From: a virus
Taxonomy: Duplodnaviria; Caudoviricetes
Length of the DNA: 41,103 bases
IMG/VR virus record: IMGVR_UViG_3300034349_000004
Span: 1 to 41,103 of that record
Direction: 5' to 3' (one strand)
In this document: one piece after another, positions 28,908 to 37,785 of the stretch
How the letters are laid out: each line of letters opens with the position of its first letter
How positions within the stretch are numbered: the first letter of the stretch is position 1
Program-made: the position numbers and the translations under genes
The notes under the pieces: generated by a model
Database searches by the model: none
Seen by the model: only the letters and a program-made list of their open reading frames with translations
What the model was told of the DNA's origin: nothing

Positions 28908-30996
28908 CATTGAAACTAACGGCCTCCTTCGGGAAGTCGATAAGTTCCACTGTGGAGTTAGCCATGACACAACCACAGGTACTTACCATGAGTACGGACC
29001 TGAGCAACTTAAAGAGTACATTGTCCAACTTGAGGCTGAGGCCGCAAAGCCTGATGGTCTGATTGTTGGTCATAACTTCATTAAGTATGACATTCCGGTC
29101 CTGGACAAACTCAAACGTCTCTACTTCGGTAAGCGTTTGAACATCCCTAAGCAACGTGTGTTTGACACATTGGTTGCCTCTCGACTCCTTTACTCCAACA
29201 TCCGTGACACTGATGCAGCCCTATTGAGGACTGGTAAGTTGCCCGGTAAGAAGTTCGGTAGTCATGCCCTGGAAGCCTGGGGTTATCGCTTAGGCGAGAT
29301 GAAGGGTGAATATGCAGATGACTTCAAGGCTCAAGTAACGGCTCAAGGTCTGGTCTATGAGCCCGGCTCTGAGTGGCTCAAGTGGTGCCCTGAGATGCAA
29401 GCCTATTGTGTCCAGGACGTTGTAGTCACCACAGCATTCATGAACAAGATCATGAGGGACCCTTACTACTCCTGTGAGGAGAACATTTGGGGAACTACAG
29501 AATCCCTCAGGTTGGAACATGAAGCGGCCTGGGTGTTGGCACAGATGGAGCGTAATGGTTTCCCATTCGACTCTGATGGCGCTGAAAGGCTTTACTCGGA
29601 ACTTGCAGGCAGACGGGCAGACCTCCTCATGGAGTTGGTCGAAACGTTTGGCTCTTGGTATCAGGCTAAAGGTGGGACTGAATTGTTCCTCCACCCTGTG
29701 TCCGGTAAGCCTCTCGAAAAGTACCCACGGGTTAAATACCCTAAAGTGGGTGGAGTGTTTAGTGCTGATGGCAAGCGCAAAGACAAGCGGGAGACCTTTG
29801 TTGGTGCTCCATATACGCCTGTCGAGTTCATCACATTTAACCCCGCCAGTCGGCCACACCTAATCAGACAACTGGAGATCCGTGGTTGGGTCCCTATTGA
29901 CTTCACGCCCACAGGGGCCGCTGTAGTTGACGATGAGGTCTTAGAGACCGTTCGTTTGGCTGACCCTCAGGACCAGAAGTGCCTGGAGCTTATCCGTGAA
30001 TACCTGATGATCCAAAAGCGGATCGGTCAAGTTGCTGAGGGTGATCAGGCTTGGTTGCGCCACGAGTTTGAAGGCAAGATCCACGGGAACATAAACCCCA
30101 ATGGTGCTGTGACTGGGCGCGCTACTCATAGCTTCCCTAACATCGCTCAGGTGCCTGCTAACGATAAGCCCTACGGTAAGGCTTGCCGTGCTCTCTTTGG
30201 CGCCCAATGGGCGCGTAAGAAGCTCAAGGGTTGGGAGAATGCAACACAGTTAGGTGTCGATGCTTCAGGCCTGGAGTTGCGCTGTTTAGCTCACTTCATG
30301 TCCAAGTATGACGATGGCGCTTATGGGGAGATCATCCTTAAAGGTGACATCCACTGGGCTAACGCTATTGCTGCTGGTCTTGCTGAGGATGTCCCTCGGG
30401 ATAAACACAATGAGACCCATGAGGCATGGCGCAACAATGCCAAGACGTTCATCTATGGGTTCCTCTATGGTGCTGGTGCGGCCAAGATTGGATCTATTGT
30501 GGGCGGTGATGCCAAACGTGGGAAGCAACTTCAAAAGGACTTCCTGGACAACACACCAGCCATTAAGCAACTTCGGGAAGCCATTGAGGCCATGCTGGTG
30601 GAGTCCTCAACGTGGGTTGCTGGTAAACAAAAGGTCAAGTGGAAACGCCGTTGGTTGAAGGGACTTGATGGCCGTAAGGTCCACGTCCGGTCTCCTCACA
30701 GTGCGCTTAACACTCTCCTCCAGTCCGCTGGTGCTCTTATCTGCAAGATGTGGGTAGTGGAAACTATCAGGATCCTTGAGGAAGAACATGGCTACATCCA
30801 CGGATGGGATGGTGACTTTGTGTTGATGGCCTGGGTCCACGATGAGATGCAAATTGCTGGTAAGACTCCTGAGATTGCACAGGTGGCTAAAGATGCCGCT
30901 CAGTTGGCTATCAGGAAAGTAGGTGAGCACTTCAAGTTCCGTATGCCTCTCGATACTGAGGGCAAGTTTGGTGGGACTTGGGCTGAGTGTCACTAA
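28894..30996 (+). CDS. gp5: Family A DNA polymerase gp5
   Basis: SDIETNG exo I, GHNFIKYD, DASGLELRCLAH, AKTFIYGFLYG, WVHDE; thioredoxin-binding-type loop present. Confidence 0.98.
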   Translation: MLISDIETNGLLREVDKFHCGVSHDTTTGTYHEYGPEQLKEYIVQLEAEAAKPDGLIVGHNFIKYDIPVLDKLKRLYFGKRLNIPKQRVFDTLVASRLLYSNIRDTDAALLRTGKLPGKKFGSHALEAWGYRLGEMKGEYADDFKAQVTAQGLVYEPGSEWLKWCPEMQAYCVQDVVVTTAFMNKIMRDPYYSCEENIWGTTESLRLEHEAAWVLAQMERNGFPFDSDGAERLYSELAGRRADLLMELVETFGSWYQAKGGTELFLHPVSGKPLEKYPRVKYPKVGGVFSADGKRKDKRETFVGAPYTPVEFITFNPASRPHLIRQLEIRGWVPIDFTPTGAAVVDDEVLETVRLADPQDQKCLELIREYLMIQKRIGQVAEGDQAWLRHEFEGKIHGNINPNGAVTGRATHSFPNIAQVPANDKPYGKACRALFGAQWARKKLKGWENATQLGVDASGLELRCLAHFMSKYDDGAYGEIILKGDIHWANAIAAGLAEDVPRDKHNETHEAWRNNAKTFIYGFLYGAGAAKIGSIVGGDAKRGKQLQKDFLDNTPAIKQLREAIEAMLVESSTWVAGKQKVKWKRRWLKGLDGRKVHVRSPHSALNTLLQSAGALICKMWVVETIRILEEEHGYIHGWDGDFVLMAWVHDEMQIAGKTPEIAQVAKDAAQLAIRKVGEHFKFRMPLDTEGKFGGTWAECH

Positions 30997-31003
30997 TATA
31001 CAT

Positions 31004-31028
31004 AGGGACCTTCATAGGGTCCCTCTTT
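31004..31028 (+). other. Intergenic hairpin after gp5
   Basis: AGGGACCTT-CAT-AGGGTCCCT-CTTT. Confidence 0.45.
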
Positions 31029-31050
31029 ACGTTAATCATAAGGAGGCCAT

Positions 31051-31386
31051 ATGCCTGAGACTAAGACCCGTTCGTATGATGTTGCTGTGTCCTATACCGG
31101 CAAGTTTGTATTCTCTAAGGAGAACTTTGAGGAGTTCCATAAGCAGATCGCTCAGTCCCTGGACAAGTTGATTGCTAAGGAAGCTAAGCGCCCACTTACG
31201 GCTGAGGAGAAGTTCCAGAAGTCCGAAGCTGTGCGCTACATGGAGATGACTGATGATCAGGCTATTGAGTCGATCCTTAAGGAAGCCTTCAAGCAAGTCC
31301 TGGCCGAACAACGTAAGGACCTCAAGAGTGAGGGTTTCACTAAGTTGAGTCCTCCAGTTGTTGTTGTCACTCCTCGGGTGTCCTAA
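31051..31386 (+). CDS. gp5.5: gp5.5-like protein (H-NS/MvaT inhibitor family by position)
   Basis: TAAGGAGG RBS; TRSYDVAVSY N-terminus and SPPVV C-terminus recall gp5.5. Confidence 0.55.
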   Translation: MPETKTRSYDVAVSYTGKFVFSKENFEEFHKQIAQSLDKLIAKEAKRPLTAEEKFQKSEAVRYMEMTDDQAIESILKEAFKQVLAEQRKDLKSEGFTKLSPPVVVVTPRVS

Positions 31387-31640
31387 TGGAAGTCCATATC
31401 AGCAAGAAGTCCCCTAAGGGTGAGCTTGTAGAGCACCTTAAGCGGGGCACTGTTGTTGTGACTGAGGGATCCACCGGGGCCTTTATGATCACTGATCGCA
31501 CTGGTGGTATTGATGGTGCCTATGATCAAACAGTGGCCTGTGTAGACCTGGCCTCAGGTTGTGACTATCGGATCACCAAGGGGACCTATGTTCTCGTTGT
31601 GGAGAACCCTAAGTTCACTGGGGAGGTCAACCGTGGATGA
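31386..31640 (+). CDS. Hypothetical protein
   Basis: TAATG coupling. Confidence 0.65.
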   Translation: MEVHISKKSPKGELVEHLKRGTVVVTEGSTGAFMITDRTGGIDGAYDQTVACVDLASGCDYRITKGTYVLVVENPKFTGEVNRG

Positions 31641-31842
31641 GTACCTTAGAGTCCTTTCAGGGATCAAGAAGGAATCCAAGACCTTCCAGTCCAACTATGT
31701 GCGTAATAACGCGTCCCTGGTGGCCGAACTTGCGAGCCGCTCTCACATTAGCTGCCTTGATACTTCTGGTCGTAACACTGGAGTATGGCAAGCAACCGCC
31801 TCAGGTGTTGCCTTTCTGCGCAAACATCGAGCAACCGTATAA
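31633..31842 (+). CDS. gp5.7: gp5.7 (inhibitor of host RNAP initiation)
   Basis: GGAGGT RBS, GTG; KTFQSNYVRNNASLVAE.ASR.HISCL..SGRN nearly identical to T7 gp5.7. Confidence 0.92.
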   Translation: MDEYLRVLSGIKKESKTFQSNYVRNNASLVAELASRSHISCLDTSGRNTGVWQATASGVAFLRKHRATV

Positions 31843-31856
31843 GGAGGTGCATTGTA

Positions 31857-32066
31857 ATGGCAAAACGGAACAGTTGTACGGACTGCGCCCATAAGCGCGG
31901 CTATGAGTGCAATAAGGCGCGCTCAAGTTATTGGGATGGCGTTAAGGGTGTTGAAGTTTCATATGCCAACTCCTGTAACTTTCACCGTGGTGGCATAGAC
32001 TTTTGCCACTCCCATGAGTCTAAGGCTCCAACAATGTGGGAACGCATTAAGGCGGTTCTTCTGTGA
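31857..32066 (+). CDS. Cys/His-rich hypothetical protein, 69 aa
   Basis: TAAGGAGGT RBS; CTDCAH...C...C...C. Confidence 0.75.
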   Translation: MAKRNSCTDCAHKRGYECNKARSSYWDGVKGVEVSYANSCNFHRGGIDFCHSHESKAPTMWERIKAVLL

Positions 32067-32176
32067 TTTACGACTTCGATCCATCCGGTGAGGACCACGA
32101 TGGTGCATGTATGTGCCCATGTTGTGATCAAGCGGCACGGGAAGAACAGGAAGAGGAGGACACGGATAGTGAGTAA
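32063..32176 (+). CDS. Very acidic Cys/His micro-protein, 37 aa (MIYDFDPSGEDHDGACMCPCCDQAAREEQEEEDTDSE)
   Basis: GTGA overlap, TAAGGCGG RBS; fills the gap up to the gp6 start. Confidence 0.6.
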   Translation: MIYDFDPSGEDHDGACMCPCCDQAAREEQEEEDTDSE

Positions 32177-33086
32177 GCCTAAGAAGAACATCGTGTTGGT
32201 CCTGGACGGTGACTATCTGGTCTTTAGTGCCATGAGTGGCGCTGAAGTAGAGACCGATTGGGGCGACGATATGTGGACCCTTGAATGTGACCACGGGAAA
32301 GCTAAGCGCTCCCTTGAGTTCGCCGTTAAGCGTATCAGAGAGCGCCTGAAGGAGTTCAATGATTGCCGTGTAGTCATGGCCTTTACTGATGACGTTAACT
32401 GGCGTAAGAGCGTCCTGGAGACCTACAAGGCCAACCGTAAGGGTAAGCGTAAGCCAGTTGGTTACAAGGCTTTCGTACAGTGGACTATGGAGAACTATGA
32501 GTCCTTCCTACGGCCAACCCTTGAGGGTGATGATTGTATGGGGATCCTATCGACTCGCCCTAAACTCTTGGGTCCTGAAGTTGATGAGGTTGTCCTGGTG
32601 TCCTGCGATAAGGACTTCAAGACCATCCCTGGGCGCTTCTACTGGCTCACTACGGATCAAGTGTTGACCTTGAGTGAACAGGATGCTGACTACTGGCATA
32701 TGTACCAAGCCATGATTGGGGACACTACTGATGGTTATGGTGGGATCCCTGGTGTTGGTGAAGGCATGGCTAAGGAGTTCCTTGAGAACCCGCAATGGTT
32801 CTATCAGGCCACTAAGGTCATGAAGTCTGGAGCCCGTAAGGGTGAAGAGGTTCTTTATTGGACTTCTCGACCTCTCAGTGAGTTTGAGCCGGATGGTGGT
32901 GATGGCATTAACACACCTCCAACCCTATGGGAGTGCATTGTCTCCCTGGCGAATAAGCAGGGGATGACTGAGGAGGAACTACTGGTCCAGGCTCAGGTAG
33001 CCCGTATCTGTCGGGACACTGATTATGACTTCAAGACCAAGGAAGTGATCCTTTGGACTCCTCCAGAAGTCAAGGACGTTTATTAA
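32169..33086 (+). CDS. gp6: 5'-3' exonuclease gp6
   Basis: GAGGAGG RBS, GTG 32169; LDGDYL, YKANRK, LEGDD, SCDKD, GDTTDGYGGIPG. Confidence 0.95.
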   Translation: MSKPKKNIVLVLDGDYLVFSAMSGAEVETDWGDDMWTLECDHGKAKRSLEFAVKRIRERLKEFNDCRVVMAFTDDVNWRKSVLETYKANRKGKRKPVGYKAFVQWTMENYESFLRPTLEGDDCMGILSTRPKLLGPEVDEVVLVSCDKDFKTIPGRFYWLTTDQVLTLSEQDADYWHMYQAMIGDTTDGYGGIPGVGEGMAKEFLENPQWFYQATKVMKSGARKGEEVLYWTSRPLSEFEPDGGDGINTPPTLWECIVSLANKQGMTEEELLVQAQVARICRDTDYDFKTKEVILWTPPEVKDVY

Positions 33087-33103
33087 CCCTCACAGATAGA
33101 AGA
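33081..33103 (+). promoter_or_regulatory. Phage RNAP promoter (phi6.5-like)
   Basis: TATTAACCCTCACAGAT/AGAAGA, followed by two CTTAAAG copies (33127, 33138). Confidence 0.88.
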
Positions 33104-33154
33104 GGGTCCAACCTAAAAGATTAATACTTAAAGACAACTTAAAGAGGTGTGACT

Positions 33155-33421
33155 ATGCAGCGTTGCGTAAAGGAAGCTATCGAGCTACGGGACTCAGTTA
33201 ATGCGGGTATGGCAACACTGCCACCAATTGCCCCAATCACTGCTGAGTACCTTTCAGTTCGTCTATCCATGCCCTACATAGTCGCCTCAGGGTTGATTGA
33301 TGAGGTTAACTCCTTAGGGCTCTCTGAGTCGGGACGTTACGGTTTCTTTATGGGTCTTCAGTTTGCTGTGGAGACCATTGATGAGATTGCTAATTCCCGT
33401 GAACCTGTGGATGACCAATAG
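33155..33421 (+). CDS. gp6.5: gp6.5-like protein
   Basis: GAGGTG RBS; position; EYLSVRL...G.SE...GFFMGLQFA pattern. Confidence 0.7.
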   Translation: MQRCVKEAIELRDSVNAGMATLPPIAPITAEYLSVRLSMPYIVASGLIDEVNSLGLSESGRYGFFMGLQFAVETIDEIANSREPVDDQ

Positions 33422-33429
33422 GAGACTCT

Positions 33430-33738
33430 ATGTGCTTTTCAAGTAGCGCAAAGACCCCTAAGACTAACGCTAATGCTATCCCTGCTCCTGAGCCTGTACT
33501 TACAGAGGAGCCTAAGGGTATCGCTGTGGGTGATGCTGACACTCCTATTGAGGAGGGTAAGGGCAACGGTAAGGACTCCTTGAAGGTTACTAAGGATCCA
33601 GCACCAGTTAGCACACCAGCTCAGTCTTCAGAGGACAAGAAGAAAATGGACACTGTTAAGACAGCCACACCTACCAAGGTGAAGGGTCTCGGTTCCATTA
33701 AGCGGTCTTTAACAAAGGCCACAAGCCAACCAAAATAA
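33430..33738 (+). CDS. gp6.7: Virion protein gp6.7
   Basis: MCFSSSAKTPK...PAPEP..EEPKGI. Confidence 0.85.
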   Translation: MCFSSSAKTPKTNANAIPAPEPVLTEEPKGIAVGDADTPIEEGKGNGKDSLKVTKDPAPVSTPAQSSEDKKKMDTVKTATPTKVKGLGSIKRSLTKATSQPK

Positions 33739-33748
33739 GGAGAACCTA

Positions 33749-34015
33749 ATGGGGTTTTTTAGCAAGATTAAGAAGGCTATCAAGAAGTCTGTAGGGAGCG
33801 CTTCGGGTGGTCTCATTGGTGGTGGCTCTGAGAAGGCCAAGGAAGTTGCCCCAGCAGTGGCAGCAGCTCCACCAGCAGCAACCGTGGAGACTCCCAAACA
33901 GGACACCACAACTGAGGACAATGCGGACACTGAGTCTGGCCGTAAGAAAGCCAAAGCGTCCGGTAAGAAGTCCCTTTCGGTACAGCGCTCCTCCAAGAGC
34001 GGTCTCAGCATCTAA
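33749..34015 (+). CDS. gp7.3: Tail assembly/host-range protein gp7.3
   Basis: KIKKAIKK...GKKSLSVQRSSKSGLSI. Confidence 0.88.
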   Translation: MGFFSKIKKAIKKSVGSASGGLIGGGSEKAKEVAPAVAAAPPAATVETPKQDTTTEDNADTESGRKKAKASGKKSLSVQRSSKSGLSI

Positions 34016-34029
34016 CCTAAGGAGACCCT

Positions 34030-35646
34030 ATGGCCAGCACTAAACGTGACGGCTTAGGGGAGAACGGTGCGAAGGCAGTCTATGACAAACTGGTGAATGA
34101 CCGGGCTCCTTATGAGACCCGAGCTGAGAACTGTGCGCAATACACTATCCCTTCCCTATTCCCTAAGGCCGCTGATAACGCCTCAACTGACTACACAACT
34201 CCCTGGCAAGCTGTAGGTGCCCGAGGGTTGAACAACTTGTCCTCTAAGTTGATGCTCGCTCTGTTCCCTCTCCAAACCTGGATGCGCCTAAGTGTCTCTG
34301 AGTTCCAAGCTAAGCAACTGTTGGGTGATCCTCAGCAGCTCGCTCAGATTGATGAGGGTCTCTCTATGGTTGAGCGGATCCTGATGAGCTACATGGAGTC
34401 CAACAGTTACCGAGTGACTCTCTTTGAGGCCCTTAAGCAACTTGTTGTATCCGGTAACGCTCTCCTCCACATGCCACCTCCTGAAGACAATGGGTACAAC
34501 CCCATGAAGCTCTACAGGCTGAGTTCCTATGTCGTCCAACGGGATGCTTATGGGAACGTCTTGCAAGGTGTGACCCGTGACAAGATTGCTTTTGGTGCTC
34601 TCCCTGAGGACCTCCAAAGTAAACTGGATGGTGAACACACTCCTGAAGAGGAGATTGAGGTTTATACCCACTGGTATCTTGACGGTGAATCTGGAGACTA
34701 CCTGAGCTATCAGGAAGTTGAAGGTGAGGAAGTTGAAGGGACTGATGGTCAGTATCCTAAAGATGCCTGCCCGTGGATCCCTGTGCGACTCGTTAAGATT
34801 GACGGTGAGGCTTATGGCCGCAGCCACTGTGAGGAGTACCTTGGGGACTTAAGGTCCTTAGAGAACCTTACAGAAGCAATGGTCAAGTTCTCCATGATTG
34901 CCGCTAAGGTGATTGGCTTGGTGAACCCTAACGGTATCACTCAGGTGCGCCGATTGACCAAGGCTCAGACTGGTGACTTTGTTCCTGGTCGTAAGCAGGA
35001 CATTGAGTTCCTTCAGTTGGATAAAGCGGCTGACTTCAGTATCGCTAAGGCTGTGGCTGATGCAATTGAGGCGCGCTTGTCGTATGCCTTTATGTTGAAC
35101 TCAGCAGTCCAGCGCTCAGGCGAACGAGTGACAGCCGAAGAGATCCGTTATGTTGCTGGTGAACTTGAGGACACTCTTGGTGGGGTCTATTCGATCCTGA
35201 GTCAAGAGTTGCAGTTGCCTATGGTTCGGATCCTTATGAACCAACTCCAAGCAACCTCTCAGATCCCTGACTTGCCTAAGGAGGCCGTGGAGCCGTCCGT
35301 AAGTACAGGACTGGAAGCGTTGGGCCGGGGTCAAGACCTTGAGAAGCTAAATCAGTTCATCACAGCTCTTACAGGTCTTATGGGTGTCCAGGACTCTGAC
35401 ATTAACATGGCTCAACTTAAGATCCGTTTGGCTAACGCTATCGGTCTTGATACGGCTGGCTTGTTGTTAACCGCTGAAGACAAGGCCCAACAGAATGCTG
35501 ATGCTGCTATGGCTGCTGGTGCTGAGTCTGCTGGTGCTGCTGCTGGTGCCGGAATGGCCGCACAAGGCACAGGCACTCCTGAGGCACTTCAGCAAACTAT
35601 GGCTAATGCTGGTCTTCAACCTGGGGCTCCTGGAGTCGCAACTTAA
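34030..35646 (+). CDS. gp8: Portal (head-tail connector) gp8
   Basis: TPWQAVGARGLNNL, GERVTAEEIRYVA.ELEDTLGGVYS. Confidence 0.97.
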   Translation: MASTKRDGLGENGAKAVYDKLVNDRAPYETRAENCAQYTIPSLFPKAADNASTDYTTPWQAVGARGLNNLSSKLMLALFPLQTWMRLSVSEFQAKQLLGDPQQLAQIDEGLSMVERILMSYMESNSYRVTLFEALKQLVVSGNALLHMPPPEDNGYNPMKLYRLSSYVVQRDAYGNVLQGVTRDKIAFGALPEDLQSKLDGEHTPEEEIEVYTHWYLDGESGDYLSYQEVEGEEVEGTDGQYPKDACPWIPVRLVKIDGEAYGRSHCEEYLGDLRSLENLTEAMVKFSMIAAKVIGLVNPNGITQVRRLTKAQTGDFVPGRKQDIEFLQLDKAADFSIAKAVADAIEARLSYAFMLNSAVQRSGERVTAEEIRYVAGELEDTLGGVYSILSQELQLPMVRILMNQLQATSQIPDLPKEAVEPSVSTGLEALGRGQDLEKLNQFITALTGLMGVQDSDINMAQLKIRLANAIGLDTAGLLLTAEDKAQQNADAAMAAGAESAGAAAGAGMAAQGTGTPEALQQTMANAGLQPGAPGVAT

Positions 35647-35667
35647 TTAACCCTCACAGATAGAACA
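35645..35667 (+). promoter_or_regulatory. Phage RNAP promoter (phi9)
   Basis: AATTAACCCTCACAGAT/AGAACA. Confidence 0.92.
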
Positions 35668-35730
35668 CACCAAACATCCGAAGTTATGGAGACTGATCGT
35701 GTGTTCTTCAATCAACTTAAAGGAGTTCTA

Positions 35731-36627
35731 ATGTCTGACATTTATGCTGAGTTTGGCGTTAACAATGCTGTGATTGCGGGTGGTTCCACTCAGGCCGAAC
35801 ATGAAGAGAACATGTTGTCTCTTGATGTCCGTGCTCGTGATGGTGATGATGCCATTGAGTTGAGTAGTGATGACCTGAAGCCCGTCCTGTTGGATGACAA
35901 AGGTAACGTTATTCCTGATGATTCAGGTGATGACGATAATGATCAAGGTGACTCTGATGAGTCCGGTCCAGAATCCGGCGATGAGACTCCTCTGATTGAA
36001 GAGTTTGTTCCAGGTGAACCCAATGAGGAACTGAAAGCGGTCTCTGAGTCAATCTCTAAGCACGCTGAGGGTTTTAATCAGATGCGCCAGTCGGCCATTG
36101 CTAATGGTCTTGATGCTGGTGTGGCTGATGCCATCATGCTTGAGTATGGCTCTGAAGAGGGTATCTCGGACAAGTCCTATGAGGCACTTGCAGCCGCTGG
36201 TTTTAACCGCCAGTTCGTTGAGTCCTACATTCGCGGCCAAGAAGCCCTGAGTGATCAGTTTGTGGGTGGTGTTATTACCCTGGCTGGTGGTGCTGAGCGT
36301 TTCAACTCCCTGGTCAAACACATGGAGACCAACTCCCCAAGTTCCCTCAACTCGCTCTATAAAGCGATGGAGAGTCAGGACCTGGACACCATTACGTCAA
36401 TCATTGAGTTGACTAAAGGCAGCCTGACTAAGAAGTTTGGTAAGGCCCCTGGTCGTAACATCACCAAGAATGCTCCTGCAAGTCAGCCTGAAGTTGCCCA
36501 AAAGGGTCCTAAGGTTGAGCCCTTTGCTGATCGTCAAGAGATGATTGCCGCAATGAGCAAGCCTGAATATGCCAAAGATCCAAAGTACCGCGCCCAAGTT
36601 GAGGCCCGTGTTGCTCTGAGTTTCTAA
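35731..36627 (+). CDS. gp9: Capsid scaffolding protein gp9
   Basis: AAGGAG RBS; DIYAEFGVN, ARDGDDAI, YIRGQEAL, YRAQVEARV. Confidence 0.94.
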   Translation: MSDIYAEFGVNNAVIAGGSTQAEHEENMLSLDVRARDGDDAIELSSDDLKPVLLDDKGNVIPDDSGDDDNDQGDSDESGPESGDETPLIEEFVPGEPNEELKAVSESISKHAEGFNQMRQSAIANGLDAGVADAIMLEYGSEEGISDKSYEALAAAGFNRQFVESYIRGQEALSDQFVGGVITLAGGAERFNSLVKHMETNSPSSLNSLYKAMESQDLDTITSIIELTKGSLTKKFGKAPGRNITKNAPASQPEVAQKGPKVEPFADRQEMIAAMSKPEYAKDPKYRAQVEARVALSF

Positions 36628-36637
36628 CTCAAAGTTT

Positions 36638-36660
36638 AATTAACCCTCACAGATAGAACA
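36638..36660 (+). promoter_or_regulatory. Phage RNAP promoter (phi10)
   Basis: AATTAACCCTCACAGAT/AGAACA. Confidence 0.92.
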
Positions 36661-36756
36661 CAAGGCCCATCGAGGTTCTCCACAAGATCCACTTAAGTGT
36701 GGTGAGTGGGAGACAACTTGTGTTCAAACCTCATATGAATTATTAAGGAGAACTAC

Positions 36757-37785
36757 ATGGCTAATGCTGTCGGTCAACAAATCGGTAAGAACCAAGGTAA
36801 AGGCATTTCGGATGCTGACAAACTGGCTAACTTCCTGAAGGTCTTTGGTGGTGAAGTATTGACCGCCTTTGCTCGTCGTTCGGTCACTATGGACAAGCAT
36901 ATGGTCCGTACCATCCAGAACGGTAAGTCCGCTTCCTTCCCTGTAATGGGCCGCACCAAGGGTTACTACCTGAAGCCGGGTGAGTCCCTGGATGACAAAC
37001 GTGGCGACATCCCTCACTCCGAGAAGGTCATTCAAATTGACGGTCTGTTGACCTCAGATGTGTTGATCTTTGACATTGAGGATGCAATGAACCACTACGA
37101 TGTGCGCTCTGAGTACTCGGCTCAACTGGGTGAAGCATTGGCAATTGCTGCTGATGGCGCAATCCTGGCTGAGATGGCCGCTCTGTGCAACCTACCAGCA
37201 GCCTCTAACGAGAACATTGCGGGCCTGGGTACTGCCACAGTCCTCAAGATCGGCGTTAAGGCTGACCTGCTGGCTGATGCTGCTCTGTTGGGTCAAGAGA
37301 TCCTCAAGGGTCTGACCACTGCTCGTGCCAAGTTGACCAAGAACTATGTCCCATCGAGTGACCGTAAGTTCTACACTGACCCGGACTATTACAGCGCCAT
37401 CCTGGCTGCTCTGATGCCTAACAGTGCAAACTATGCGGCTCTGATTGATCCTGAAACTGGTTCGATCCGTAACGTGATGGGCTTTGAGGTCCTGGAAGTT
37501 CCACACTTGACCGTTGGTGGTGCTGGTGATGACCGTGCAGGTGCAAACCAAAAGCACGCCTTCCCGGCTGCTGCTTCGGCTACCGTGTTCGTTGCACTGG
37601 ACAACATCGTTGGCCTGTTCAATCACCGTTCGGCTGTAGGCACTGTGAAGCTGAAAGATATGGCCCTGGAACGTGCTCGTCGTGCTGAGTACCAAGCGGA
37701 CCAGATCATTGGTAAATACGCTATGGGTCACGGTGGTCTGCGTCCTGAGGCTGCTGGTGCTCTCGTGTTTGGTGCAAAGGCGTAA
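36757..37785 (+). CDS. gp10A: Major capsid protein gp10A
   Basis: FLKVFGGEVLTAF, GKSASFPVMGRT, YAMGHGGLRPEAAGALVF. Confidence 0.98.
   Translation: MANAVGQQIGKNQGKGISDADKLANFLKVFGGEVLTAFARRSVTMDKHMVRTIQNGKSASFPVMGRTKGYYLKPGESLDDKRGDIPHSEKVIQIDGLLTSDVLIFDIEDAMNHYDVRSEYSAQLGEALAIAADGAILAEMAALCNLPAASNENIAGLGTATVLKIGVKADLLADAALLGQEILKGLTTARAKLTKNYVPSSDRKFYTDPDYYSAILAALMPNSANYAALIDPETGSIRNVMGFEVLEVPHLTVGGAGDDRAGANQKHAFPAAASATVFVALDNIVGLFNHRSAVGTVKLKDMALERARRAEYQADQIIGKYAMGHGGLRPEAAGALVFGAKA

Noticed and set aside
31637-31894. 85-aa ORF MSTLESFQG...
   Set aside because: Overlaps the clearly conserved gp5.7 in another frame
32088-32168. N-terminal extension of gp6 in the ORF track
   Set aside because: A strong RBS precedes GTG 32169; the upstream DNA is better explained by the acidic micro-ORF
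35662-36725. Hammerhead or other self-cleaving ribozyme in the gp9/gp10 leaders
   Set aside because: No CUGANGA/GAAA core or other recognised ribozyme consensus
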